Assembly (NCBI GenBank): GCA_043754435.1 | Contig: JAYUUS010000067.1 | Coordinates: forward strand, 1-54,275 | Length of the DNA: 54,275 bases | Origin: Rhodanobacteraceae bacterium | GTDB lineage: Bacteria > Pseudomonadota > Gammaproteobacteria > Xanthomonadales > SZUA-5 | Direction: 5' to 3' | Part shown: piece by piece, positions 29,242 to 39,753 of the stretch | Numbering within the stretch: position 1 is the first letter of the stretch | Layout: every line of letters begins with the position of its first letter | Notes under the pieces: generated by a model | What the model saw: only the letters and a program-made list of their open reading frames with translations | What the model was told of the DNA's origin: nothing | The model's database searches: none | Program-made: the position numbers and the translations under genes

Positions 29242-30492
29242 CTAACGCTCTAGCCCACATTGCTCGATCTTTTTTTGCAAAGTAATCAACTCGGGCGGGC
29301 GTCTACCAGAGGCAATTACCGGGGCTAATAGTTCACAGGCGGCGGCCTTGTTGCCAGCTGCGAAACGCACTTCAGCCAAAGTAATATAGGCACTGGCATC
29401 TTTACGCAATCCAAAATTTAGCTGCGCTAAGCGCTCAGCCTCAGCGCTATCGGCAATCAGTAAATAAAACTTCACTGCGTGCTGCGCATAGGTCGCCGGG
29501 AAAGCCTTTAAGCGTTCGGCGTAGCGGATTTTTGCGCGGATCAACCACTTTTGCTCTGCCGCCGTATTGCCCTGCTTATTTTCCAAAACTGCCAAGCCAG
29601 CCATATCTTCTGGGTTTTGCGTCTGTTCGATGACACTCAGATAGAGGGCACGCGCCTCGTCAAACTGCCCAACCCGCACCAAACACTGCGCCAAATGCTC
29701 TAATGCTAGGGAATAGCCCGGCAGACGCGTTAATGCGCTGCGGAAAAAGCGGATTGCTTGCTCGGGCTGATCGAAGCGCAACAGCGCGATCCCCTGCTGC
29801 GTGTGCAGCCAAGCCAAGGGCATGGGTGCAACGTCGGTATAAACAAACTGCGCTTGATGAAAATAATCGCTGGCGCAGGCAAGTTCACCGCGATCAATGC
29901 AGTCGTTTGCCAGCTTGACTAGCTCGGCGTATTCCTTGCCGGTCGTCAAGGGCGCATTCGGAATACTGCGCGCCGCAAGCGGCGTTAGGCCGCGCGCATT
30001 GGCAATTTCCAAACGCAGCGCGGCGCTGGCATTTGCATCGTTAAGTCGATCTAGCAGAGCTAGTGCAGTATCAAACTCATGCATATAAGAGAAAATGGTT
30101 GCCGCCAATAGCTGTGCATCGGCGTCTGATTCTGGGCTAGTGGCTAACACTTGTGCCAAAGCATAAGCGTTATCCAAATCAGCGGTTGCGCCTAAGGCTT
30201 GATAGCGTTGAAACAATACGCCAGCACGAACTGCACGCGAATGCGGAGTGTCAAGCTTTGGTAGATTAGCTAGGCGTGCATCCAGCTGCCTTAAATAAGC
30301 AGCGCCATCGGTGGTAGCGCGATCCTGCACCGAGAGCGGATAGTTCGGCAGCGCTAAAACCATCGGCAGTTCCGGCAAGACTGCTAATGCCGGATCTTCG
30401 AGGGAATTTTTTGCTAACGAATTAGTTGAGTTAGTTTGAGGTTTAAGCTGAGTGCTGCATGCTTGAACAAGCAACACTAAGCAAAAGACCAC
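29242..30492 (-). CDS. TPR-repeat lipoprotein (DUF4331 partner)
   Basis: Lipobox LVQAC; helical TPR-like repeats (EQAIRFFRSAL, GQFDEARALY). Confidence 0.75.
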   Translation of the reverse strand: MVFCLVLLVQACSTQLKPQTNSTNSLAKNSLEDPALAVLPELPMVLALPNYPLSVQDRATTDGAAYLRQLDARLANLPKLDTPHSRAVRAGVLFQRYQALGATADLDNAYALAQVLATSPESDADAQLLAATIFSYMHEFDTALALLDRLNDANASAALRLEIANARGLTPLAARSIPNAPLTTGKEYAELVKLANDCIDRGELACASDYFHQAQFVYTDVAPMPLAWLHTQQGIALLRFDQPEQAIRFFRSALTRLPGYSLALEHLAQCLVRVGQFDEARALYLSVIEQTQNPEDMAGLAVLENKQGNTAAEQKWLIRAKIRYAERLKAFPATYAQHAVKFYLLIADSAEAERLAQLNFGLRKDASAYITLAEVRFAAGNKAAACELLAPVIASGRRPPELITLQKKIEQCGLER

Positions 30493-30528
30493 AAGCTTGT
30501 TGTACCTCGTAAAGATAACTAATTCAAC

Positions 30529-31965
30529 TCAGTTTGGATCTGCAAGGAAAGGGAAATCGGTTAAGTTGGCAAAGTTGTCGTTACCAACGTTATCACTAAC
30601 GCCAGGGCCAACCACTGCGCCTAAGGTGTCGTCAATCACATCGCGATTCAAAGTGCGACCACCGCATTTGCCCGCAACACCCAACTCCACTGCAAGATAC
30701 TCATCGCAGGCAGGTTTGCTGATGTCAATAATCAAGCGATCATCGACCAAAACACTTGCTAATGTTGCTGGCGGTAAAAGCGAATTGGCACGGCCATCCA
30801 GTGTGTCAAGGACGGCCAGATTATTGGTCATCTCGCCAGTGAATTGCGTCCAATTGGAAGCTGGGCCAACGGCGCGGTTATACGCATCTTTAAGTGCAGT
30901 GCCAGTAGATGGTACTAAATTAATCAAGGCGGTATTAATCGCCGGACGCCCCATACGATCAATCTGACCGCTGCTCAAAAATTGACAGCTTTGCCCAGAA
31001 ATCGAGGTTAAACGGTTCAAATTAACGCGACCGCTAGTCGGCAAATTCGGTACTGTGGTTGTGTAGTCCAAAGTTGCGTTGTTACAGCCGCTAAAGGTCA
31101 TCACCACGTCGCCAAATGGGAATGACTGTGTACCTGCCGAATTGCCGGTTGGCGGAAAGGTACCGCCGCTGGTATAGCGCAATGGCACAGTAGCAACCGC
31201 ACCGTTAATTGTGCCGACACCCACCAGCCAAAATTGACGGCCGGCGTTGTCATGGGTATGCCAAGCAACATTGAGGCGATCCGGGCCACCCGTGGTCGGA
31301 ATGACTTCAACGCTTAGACCATGCCCAGGATTCGCCGCATCATACCAGCTGCCGGAAATGCCGGGGCCGATGCCTGTGCCGCCGGTGCGTACGGTTGAGC
31401 TATAAACCTTCAAAACATTACGCGTACCGTCGTTCAGTGCAGCATTCGGGATCGCAAGCACGATGCTGAGCGTGTTGGCGTTGAGAAAGAAATTGGTGCC
31501 GGGGTTGGTAAAACGCGGTGCAAGTGCGGCGCGTGTGGCATTGAATGCGTTCAAATCAAAAAAGAATGGATCATCACGCAAGCCAGTATAAACGCGAAAA
31601 CCGCCTGTGCCATTGAGCGTGCGCCCAACGCTACCGCTTGCAGTTAAGCCGGCAATACCGCTGCAATCAACGCGCGTTCCACCGGGAAAGCGACAGGTGA
31701 CGACGCGCTCCGTGGCACCGTTATCAATATGAATGCGGTAATCAACGGCCGAAGAAAAGGTGGACGCCGCGTTTGCTATGGGGAAAAGCGTTGTCGCGAT
31801 GATGGTTTCGGCTGGATTACGCGGATTGACAAAGGTGTAAACGTCATTGATGTCAGCGCTAGGGTCGTTCGTGGTCAGCGGCGAATCCCGGTGATCAGCG
31901 GCCCAAGTTTGCGTGGCAACCAATATTGACAGTGCCAGTACACTGCGAAGGCTTATAATTCTCAT
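30529..31965 (-). CDS. Secreted DUF4331-domain protein with an inserted domain of about 130 aa
   Basis: Signal peptide then ADHRDSP, ADINDVY, GLRDDPFFFD, QIDRMGRPAINT, GRTLNRDVID, FPFLADP. AGGAG RBS lies 9 nt before ATG 31965. Confidence 0.85.
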   Translation of the reverse strand: MRIISLRSVLALSILVATQTWAADHRDSPLTTNDPSADINDVYTFVNPRNPAETIIATTLFPIANAASTFSSAVDYRIHIDNGATERVVTCRFPGGTRVDCSGIAGLTASGSVGRTLNGTGGFRVYTGLRDDPFFFDLNAFNATRAALAPRFTNPGTNFFLNANTLSIVLAIPNAALNDGTRNVLKVYSSTVRTGGTGIGPGISGSWYDAANPGHGLSVEVIPTTGGPDRLNVAWHTHDNAGRQFWLVGVGTINGAVATVPLRYTSGGTFPPTGNSAGTQSFPFGDVVMTFSGCNNATLDYTTTVPNLPTSGRVNLNRLTSISGQSCQFLSSGQIDRMGRPAINTALINLVPSTGTALKDAYNRAVGPASNWTQFTGEMTNNLAVLDTLDGRANSLLPPATLASVLVDDRLIIDISKPACDEYLAVELGVAGKCGGRTLNRDVIDDTLGAVVGPGVSDNVGNDNFANLTDFPFLADPN

Positions 31966-32212
31966 TTGGTTCAACTCCTAATTAAGTGCGGGGTAAATCA
32001 ATTGGGTTCAGACATGCTACGCGGTCAAAAAGGACATTGGGTGCAGAATAGTTTACAACACCTAATAGATGATAACGCTTGACAATAGGTTGGGCGCTTG
32101 CGCAGCAAAATGATCCCCCAATTTTGTGGGGCAAAACTGTTCGCAACCGCACTGAAAATTATATAGTTCTGAGTTTTGCACCTCATTTTAGGTTGACGCA
32201 AAATGACGCGCC

Positions 32213-32252
32213 AAAAAAAACCCGCCTCAATTCACATCAGGGCGGGTTTTTT
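32213..32252. terminator. Rho-independent terminator of aceA (bidirectional shape)
   Basis: A8-CCCGCC-N14-GGCGGG-T6. Confidence 0.8.
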
Positions 32253-32275
32253 GTAACCATCAGGAATTGATCAAA

Positions 32276-33553
32276 TCAATGTTCAAACTGCTCGGTTTCA
32301 GTGGAACCTTTGAGCGCAGTAATTGAGCTGTTGGCACCCGCGATCACTTGGGTAACCTGATCGAAATAGCCGGTGCCAACTTCGCGCTGATGTTTGGTGG
32401 CGGTGTAGCCATCTTTTTCAGCGGCGAACTCAGCGGTTTGTAGCTCGACGTAGGCGGACATTTGCCGTTCTTTATAGCCTTTTGCCAGCTGAAACATCGA
32501 AAAGTTCAGCGCGTGGAAGCCGGCTAAGGTGATGAACTGGAACTTGTAGCCCATTTTTGCGAGCTCGATTTGGAAGCTGGCAATCGTGGCGTCGTCCAAA
32601 TACTTTTTCCAGTTAAAGCTTGGGCTGCAGTTATAAGCCAGCATTTTGCCTGGGAACTTTGCGTGGATAGCGTCGGCAAACTGCTTGGCGAACACCAAAT
32701 CAGGCTGCCCGGTTTCGCACCAAATTAAATCTGCGTACGGCGCGTAAGCCAAACCACGGCTAATCGCTTGTTCAGCGCCCATTTGCGTGTAGTAAAAGCC
32801 TTCAGGCGTGCGTTTTCCGGTTAAAAACGGTGTGTCATTCGGGTCGATATCGTTCGTCAATAAATCCGCCGCGAGCGCATCGGTGCGCGCCACAATCACG
32901 GTTTGTACGCCCAAGCAATCCGCTGCCAAACGCGCAGCAATCAATTTTTGTACCGCTTCGGTGGTGCTGACGAGCACTTTGCCGCCCATATGACCGCATT
33001 TTTTTGCGCTAGCTAATTGATCTTCCCAATGCACACCGGCAGCGCCCGCTTCAATCATGTGCTTCATCAGCTCAAACGCGTTGAGCACACCGCCAAAGCC
33101 CGCTTCAGCATCCGCCACAATCGGCACTAGCCAATCGCGCTGGGCGCCACCTTCAGCCTGTTCAATTTGATCTGCGCGCAACAAAGCATTATTGATGCGC
33201 TTAACAACATTGGGAACCGAATCCACGGGATACAGCGACTGATCTGGATACATCGAACCTGAAGTGTTGGCGTCGGCAGCCACTTGCCAACCGGACAGAT
33301 AAATCGCTTCTAAGCCAGCCTTGACCTGCTGCATCGCCATGTTGCCAGTCAGCGCGCCGAGCGCATTGACGAAAGGTTTGGTGGTAATTTTTTCCCATAA
33401 CTTCTCAGCGCCGCGCTTGGCTAGACTGTGCTCAACGTGTACCGTGCCGCGTAAACGCACCACATCTTCTGCGGAATAAGGGCGGGTGACGCCTTTCCAA
33501 CGGGGGTTGTCACGCCAATCGGCTTTGAGTTGTTCGAGGTCAAGAAATGCCAT
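32276..33553 (-). CDS. aceA: Isocitrate lyase
   Basis: KKCGHMGGK signature, [32 protein letters not shown]. Confidence 0.98.
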   Translation of the reverse strand: MAFLDLEQLKADWRDNPRWKGVTRPYSAEDVVRLRGTVHVEHSLAKRGAEKLWEKITTKPFVNALGALTGNMAMQQVKAGLEAIYLSGWQVAADANTSGSMYPDQSLYPVDSVPNVVKRINNALLRADQIEQAEGGAQRDWLVPIVADAEAGFGGVLNAFELMKHMIEAGAAGVHWEDQLASAKKCGHMGGKVLVSTTEAVQKLIAARLAADCLGVQTVIVARTDALAADLLTNDIDPNDTPFLTGKRTPEGFYYTQMGAEQAISRGLAYAPYADLIWCETGQPDLVFAKQFADAIHAKFPGKMLAYNCSPSFNWKKYLDDATIASFQIELAKMGYKFQFITLAGFHALNFSMFQLAKGYKERQMSAYVELQTAEFAAEKDGYTATKHQREVGTGYFDQVTQVIAGANSSITALKGSTETEQFEH

Positions 33554-33698
33554 GCGGTGCTCCGGGTTAAGGTTGCTGGGCGCATGAGTGTGTGAGTTTG
33601 ATGTGGAGTGTGAACTCTATCTGGCGCTTTTTTACCTGCTTACAAAAATAAAAAAACCGCCCAAAATACTTTGGAACCGCAATGCGGTGGATCGAAAT

Positions 33699-33775
33699 TG
33701 GTCGGAACGGCGAGATTTGAACTCGCGACCCCCACCACCCCAAGGTGGTGCGCTACCAGGCTGCGCTACGCTCCG
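33699..33775 (-). tRNA. tRNA-Pro (GGG)
   Basis: CGGAGCGTAGCGCAGCCTGGTAGCGCA-CCACC-TT-GGG-GT-GGTGG...GTTCAAATC...CCA; 77-nt cloverleaf with encoded CCA. Confidence 0.97.
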
Positions 33776-33808
33776 ACTTTTCGATTGAACTTAGACAGAC
33801 CTTTCTGT

Positions 33809-34207
33809 TTAAGCGCTCAACAACCCTAAAACCCCTTCGAGTTCTAGGCGCAGGCTGCGAATAATTGCGATTCTAGCATCTGCATTTTCAACATTTAATA
33901 CTTCAGGTTTAAAACTAGGTTTAACGCTCTCACGAAGCGCATCCCCTTCAATGCGCTGCCGCGCACCGCCAATCGTGAAACCCTCATCATACAGCAAAGT
34001 TCTGATTTGGCGAATCACTAATACATCGTGGCGCTGATAATAGCGCCGATTCCCGCGCCGTTTAACGGGCTTTAGGTTCGGAAACTCCTGCTCCCAGTAG
34101 CGAAGCACGTGCGGCTTCACCAAGCACAAATCGCTGACTTCGCCGATAGTGAAGTAGCGCTTTGCGGGAATTGGTGGTAGCTCGTTATTGCTTCCCGGAT
34201 CCAGCAT
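33809..34207 (-). CDS. MerR-family transcriptional regulator (ihfA-associated)
   Basis: [27 protein letters not shown]; conserved position after ihfA. Confidence 0.93.
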   Translation of the reverse strand: MLDPGSNNELPPIPAKRYFTIGEVSDLCLVKPHVLRYWEQEFPNLKPVKRRGNRRYYQRHDVLVIRQIRTLLYDEGFTIGGARQRIEGDALRESVKPSFKPEVLNVENADARIAIIRSLRLELEGVLGLLSA

Positions 34208-34487
34208 GGGCTTCCACGCGCGCCTTTAATTTTTGACCAGGGCGAAAGGTTACCACGCGCCGCGCCGAAATCGGTATCGCTAAACCAGTTTTTGGATTGC
34301 GTCCGGGCCTTTGATTTTTCTTGCGTAAGTCGAAATTTCCGAAACTTGACAATTTGACGCTATCGCCGGCTTCCAGCGAAGCGGTGACAACGTCAAAAAA
34401 GGCGTCCACAAACTCTTTTGCTTCGCGTTTATTCAATCCGACGTCTTCAAATAAGCGTTCGGCTATTTCAGCTTTGGTGAGCGACAT
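34185..34487 (-). CDS. ihfA: Integration host factor subunit alpha
   Basis: [41 protein letters not shown]. Confidence 0.97.
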   Translation of the reverse strand: MSLTKAEIAERLFEDVGLNKREAKEFVDAFFDVVTASLEAGDSVKLSSFGNFDLRKKNQRPGRNPKTGLAIPISARRVVTFRPGQKLKARVEAHAGSGKQ

Positions 34488-34502
34488 CCGTGTTTGCCCT
34501 TA

Positions 34503-34558
34503 GATTTGATGAGCGGTGATTTGATGAGCGGTGATTTGATGAGCGGGTGATATGAAGA
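34503..34558. repeat. 15-bp tandem repeat (GATTTGATGAGCGGT) x3 plus a degenerate partial unit
   Basis: Read directly in the pheT-ihfA spacer; the third unit has one extra G. Confidence 0.9.
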
Positions 34559-34570
34559 TCTAGCTTTCGT

Positions 34571-36967
34571 TTAGCTGCGAATAACGCCACCTAAATCGAC
34601 GGCTATTGCAGCCATTACGCGCTGCACCGCCGCCTCGACTTCTTCATCACCAAGGGTGCGTGAAAAATCCTGCAAAATCAAGCTGATAGCTAAACTTTTG
34701 CAACCTTGTGGCAAACCTGCGCCGCGATAAACATCAAAGCAATCAAGCGCACTTAACATTCCCCCCGCAGCCGCAACCGCGCACGCTTTTAACGCCTCAA
34801 ACGACACCGATTCCTTTAGCACGACCGCCAAGTCGCGCCTTGAGCTGGGGAATTTACTCAAGCTCTGCGCTTTGGGTACACTGGTTTCACGTACCGCTGC
34901 CAAATCGAGCTCAAACAGCACCGGCGCGCCACGTAAATCCAGCGCTCTTACCAAAGCTGGATGCAGCTGTCCGATTATGCCAATGGCAAATTCACCGAAA
35001 AAAACTTGCGCTGAGCGGCCAGGATGTAAATAAATAGGCGCAGCGTTGTCCTTACCAAAAGCGACGTAGCGCGCAACGCCTGTACCCATAAGCAATGCGT
35101 CCACATCACCCTTCACATCAAAATAATCGACTGCACGCGTGGGCGCGCCCCAGATTTCGTTCGCAACCGAACCCACGGCAACCCCGGCGATACGGCTAGG
35201 CTCGGATTTACCCTGATCCAAAAACACCACACCCAGCTCGAACAGCCGCACGCGATCCTGCTGGCGGCGCTGATTTTGCGCCAACGCCGTCAATAAATTT
35301 GGCAGCAAACTTGGCCGCATGACATCAATTTCGGCCGACAGCGGATTTTTGATCGCATGACCCACTAAGCCGAACGCCTGCAGGGCCACGCTTGAAGTAA
35401 ATGCAAAGGTGATCGCTTCTTGATAGTCGCGCGCGCACAGCAGGCGACGTAAATCGCTGCTTGGACGCTGGGATTCATGTGTCACCAGCGGGCTTAAACG
35501 CAAATTTGGCAGCGTGACCGGAATTTGGTCGTAGCCAAACACACGCGCAATTTCTTCGATCAAGTCTGCTTCAATGCTGATATCAAAGCGGCCGCTGTGT
35601 GGGCGCACCTGCCAAACGGCATCGTGCCGGTGCTCAGCCGTAACAGCAAATCCAAGATCACGCAAAATGGCTTCGACGTTGACGTCAGTCACCGTGACGC
35701 CTAGCACCTCATCCAGCTTGCTGCGACGCAAATTCACGATATTAGCTTTGGGTAAGGAATCTAGATTCTCAGCGCGGCAAATTGGCCCCGCTTGACCGCC
35801 ACAAATTTGTATGAGCAGCGAGGTTGCACGCGCAAGCGCGGCTTCGGGCAGCGCCGCATCCACACCGCGCTCAAAGCGGTGGCTGGCATCGGTATGCAGG
35901 CCCAAAGTTCGGGCGCGGCCCATAATCACTTCCGGCGCAAAGTGCGCGGCTTCAAAGAAAATATCCACGCTTGTTGCCGTAACGCGCGAATCAAAACCGC
36001 CCATAATCCCCGCAATAGCGAGCGCTTTTTCGGAATCAGCAATCACTAGAAAGCTCGGGTTCAATTGCACCGTTTGCTCATCCAGCAGCTTTAAAGATTC
36101 CCCAGCGCGTGCGCGCCTAACCGTCACGTCGCCGCTTACGGCGCTTAAGTCAAACGCGTGCATGGGCTGACCGAATTCTAGCAGCACGTAATTGGTGATA
36201 TCCACGACCGGATGAATGCTGCGAATGCCACAGCGACGCAGACGTTCTTGCAGCCAAATCGGTGTAACTGCGTTTGGATTAATACCTTTTACGATTTGCC
36301 CCAAATAGCGCGGGCAGCCAAGCGCATCTTCCAGAACTATTTTGCGCGTATCGGTAATGCTTGGACTAACGACATTTGCCGCAACGCCAATCGGCTTCCG
36401 GTTAAAAAGCGCACATAGCTCGCGCGTCAGGCCAAGCACGCCCAAGCAGTCGCTGCGATTCGGCGTCATTTTCAGCTCAATCACGGCGTCGTCAAGCGCT
36501 AGGTAGTCGCGAATTGAAGTGCCGACAGGCGCGTCGTTTGGTAGCTCATAAAGCCCATCCACGCCAGCCGGTAAACCCAGTTCAGTGCTAGAACACAGCA
36601 TGCCAAAGGATTCAATGCCGCGCAGTTTGCCAATTTTAATTTGAAGGCCTCCGGGCAAACCACCCGGCAAAACACTGCCAACGGTTGCCAGCGGTGCCTT
36701 TAGGCCCACGCGTGCGTTCGGTGCGCCACAGACTATTTGCAAGAGTTCAGGGGTGCCGATGCTGACTTTGCAAACGCGTAACTTGTCGGCATCGGGGTGT
36801 TTTTCACAGGCAACAATTTCGGCGACAAGCACGCCACTGAAAGCAGGTGCAACCTCAAAGCAGTCTTCTACTTCAAGCCCAGCCGCAGTCAGCTTTTGCA
36901 GCAGCTGCGCACGACTAATGCCGGTCAAATCGACGCTTTCGCGCAGCCAGAGTTCAGAAATTTTCAT
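34571..36967 (-). CDS. pheT: Phenylalanine--tRNA ligase beta subunit
   Basis: MKISELWLRE, HPDADKL, TPNRSDCL, RFERGVD, C-terminal FDX-ACB domain. Confidence 0.98.
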   Translation of the reverse strand: MKISELWLRESVDLTGISRAQLLQKLTAAGLEVEDCFEVAPAFSGVLVAEIVACEKHPDADKLRVCKVSIGTPELLQIVCGAPNARVGLKAPLATVGSVLPGGLPGGLQIKIGKLRGIESFGMLCSSTELGLPAGVDGLYELPNDAPVGTSIRDYLALDDAVIELKMTPNRSDCLGVLGLTRELCALFNRKPIGVAANVVSPSITDTRKIVLEDALGCPRYLGQIVKGINPNAVTPIWLQERLRRCGIRSIHPVVDITNYVLLEFGQPMHAFDLSAVSGDVTVRRARAGESLKLLDEQTVQLNPSFLVIADSEKALAIAGIMGGFDSRVTATSVDIFFEAAHFAPEVIMGRARTLGLHTDASHRFERGVDAALPEAALARATSLLIQICGGQAGPICRAENLDSLPKANIVNLRRSKLDEVLGVTVTDVNVEAILRDLGFAVTAEHRHDAVWQVRPHSGRFDISIEADLIEEIARVFGYDQIPVTLPNLRLSPLVTHESQRPSSDLRRLLCARDYQEAITFAFTSSVALQAFGLVGHAIKNPLSAEIDVMRPSLLPNLLTALAQNQRRQQDRVRLFELGVVFLDQGKSEPSRIAGVAVGSVANEIWGAPTRAVDYFDVKGDVDALLMGTGVARYVAFGKDNAAPIYLHPGRSAQVFFGEFAIGIIGQLHPALVRALDLRGAPVLFELDLAAVRETSVPKAQSLSKFPSSRRDLAVVLKESVSFEALKACAVAAAGGMLSALDCFDVYRGAGLPQGCKSLAISLILQDFSRTLGDEEVEAAVQRVMAAIAVDLGGVIRS

Positions 36968-36982
36968 CGTTTTAGCTCCGGG

Positions 36983-38026
<1,044 letters not shown>

Positions 38027-38043
38027 TCATTTGGGTTGGGTGC

Positions 38044-38076
38044 AAAAAAATGGGGAAGCGATTAAGCCTCCCCATT
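38044..38076 (-). terminator. Terminator-like hairpin between rplT and pheS
   Basis: AAATGGGAGGC-TTAATC-GCTTCCCCAT-T run on the minus strand. Confidence 0.6.
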
Positions 38077-38136
38077 TGCGTGCAAAATTGAGTCGGCTGC
38101 TTTACTTAAAGCAAAGCAGCTTTAGCGCCTCAGCAT

Positions 38137-38571
38137 TTAGGCGGCAGCAGGTTGTGCCTTGCCTGTATTAGGCTTTTTCGTGGCAACTTTTTTCGCGACA
38201 ACAGGCTGTTCCGTGGTTACGCCAGCTTTTTTTGCGGCCTCTGCAAGTGTTGCAAAGGCGGCCATATCGTGTACGGCCAAGTCAGCAAGTACCTTACGGT
38301 CCAGCAAGATTCCGGCTTTTCTCAGGCCGTTCATCATGCGGCTGTAGCTCATTCCGCACAAGCGTGCACCGGCGTTGATACGAACGATCCACAGGCTGCG
38401 ATAATCGCGTTTTTTCTGTTTACGACCGATGTAGGCGTATTGCAGCGCCTTGGTGACGGCTTGCTTTGCTACGCGGAATACTTTGCGACGGGCGTTGAAA
38501 TAGCCTTTTGCGCGGGAAATGATTTTTTTGTGACGGCGACGGGCGGTAACGCCCCTTTTTACGCGTGCCAT
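38137..38571 (-). CDS. rplT: 50S ribosomal protein L20 with C-terminal extension
   Basis: [16 protein letters not shown]...LWIVRINA...[10 protein letters not shown]. Confidence 0.98.
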   Translation of the reverse strand: MARVKRGVTARRRHKKIISRAKGYFNARRKVFRVAKQAVTKALQYAYIGRKQKKRDYRSLWIVRINAGARLCGMSYSRMMNGLRKAGILLDRKVLADLAVHDMAAFATLAEAAKKAGVTTEQPVVAKKVATKKPNTGKAQPAAA

Positions 38572-38616
38572 AGATTAGTCCTTAATGAGAAGTCAATAAA
38601 TGAAGCTGACGCGCGC

Positions 38617-38814
38617 TTAGGCGTACGGCAACATACGAGCAATACGTCCTGCGTCTTCGGCACGAACCAGGTTTGGCCCACGCAGATTACGTTTACGCTT
38701 GGTCGACTTCTTAGTCAGGATATGGCTTCTAAATGCGTGGCCGCATTTGAACTTGCCGCTACCGGTTTTGCGAAAGCGTTTAGCTGCCGCTCTGTTCGTT
38801 TTGATCTTTGGCAT
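38617..38814 (-). CDS. rpmI: 50S ribosomal protein L35
   Basis: [14 protein letters not shown]...[12 protein letters not shown]. Confidence 0.98.
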   Translation of the reverse strand: MPKIKTNRAAAKRFRKTGSGKFKCGHAFRSHILTKKSTKRKRNLRGPNLVRAEDAGRIARMLPYA

Positions 38815-39021
38815 AGGATTCTCCTTTTATTTTAAAACCCCACCGAGTGTTCACTTCGATGCCGCGAAGTGCGCTTTTGGAACTTAGTGGTGCGAATCAA
38901 ACTGGTTTTAACACCAGTTTGTTTGTTAAACCGCAGTCAAATTTGCATATTTGGCTTATTTGTCTGCGGCCCGAAATGCAACTTTTATGCCGTGTCGCCT
39001 TGCGGCGAGACTAAGCTATCG

Positions 39022-39549
39022 CTACTTCGCTTTTTTCGGGCCTAACATCATGCTCATGATGCGGCCTTCAATTTTACTTCTTTGTTCGATCAGCGCATCT
39101 TCTTTAAGCTCATCACCAATGCGCGTCAGCATGGCATCACCCAGCTCCAAGTGCGCCATTTCACGCCCTTTGAATCGCAAATTGATTTTGACTTTGTCGC
39201 CTTCTGCCAAAAACTTTCTAATTTGTTTGATTTTGACGAAAAAATCGCCATCGTCAGTGCCAGGTCGAAACTTCATTTCTTTGATTTCGGTTTGCTTCTG
39301 GCGCTTTTTCGCATCGTGCGCCTTTTTTTGCAGCTCAAAGCGATATTTGCCGAAGTCCATAATGCGACAAACCGGCGGATCACTGTTCGGCACAATTTCT
39401 ACCAGATCAAGCTCCAGCTCACGCGCCCGCCGCTGCGCGTCTAAACGCGGTACGACGCCAACATTTTCACCGGTTTCGTCAATTAAACGAACGTATGGAA
39501 CTCGAATATCTTCGTTGCGCCGGGTCTGGCGCTCTGGTGGGGCAGCGAT
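39022..39549 (-). CDS. infC: Translation initiation factor IF-3 (probable non-canonical ATC start)
   Basis: PPVCRIMDFGKYRFE, KEMKFRP, FKGREMAH. GGAGG lies 8 nt upstream of the in-frame ATC at 39549. Confidence 0.95.
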   Translation of the reverse strand: MAAPPERQTRRNEDIRVPYVRLIDETGENVGVVPRLDAQRRARELELDLVEIVPNSDPPVCRIMDFGKYRFELQKKAHDAKKRQKQTEIKEMKFRPGTDDGDFFVKIKQIRKFLAEGDKVKINLRFKGREMAHLELGDAMLTRIGDELKEDALIEQRSKIEGRIMSMMLGPKKAK

Positions 39550-39614
39550 GTGTGAATCCTCCAAAATAGAATCAGAAATTCGGCCAACGATTCGACCGAG
39601 TAATTTAGCCCTTA

Positions 39615-39644
39615 AGCATACCTAGATTTAGCGCCTGCACTCAA
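39615..39644 (-). promoter_or_regulatory. Candidate sigma-70 promoter of infC
   Basis: TTGAGT-N18-TATGCT, about 65 nt upstream of the infC start. Confidence 0.4.
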
Positions 39645-39753
39645 GAGGTAAAAACTTTTATTGCATGGGACATGTTCAGGCGTGGTGCCACAATCCAACT
39701 TCTAGCAAGCAATCAGCTACATAGAAAAGAAGGTGACGCCACAAATAAAATTC

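Noticed and set aside
33554-33775. tRNA-Pro as the attachment site of a genomic island
   Set aside because: No integrase follows, the next gene is aceA, and I saw no duplicated tRNA 3' end in the window.
34503-34558. Possible CRISPR array or IHF autoregulatory sites
   Set aside because: Units are contiguous 15-mers with no spacers and no cas genes, and they do not match WATCAANNNNTTR.
38152-39625. Long plus-strand ORFs (227 aa and 224 aa)
   Set aside because: They are antisense shadows of rplT, rpmI and infC with no recognisable motifs.
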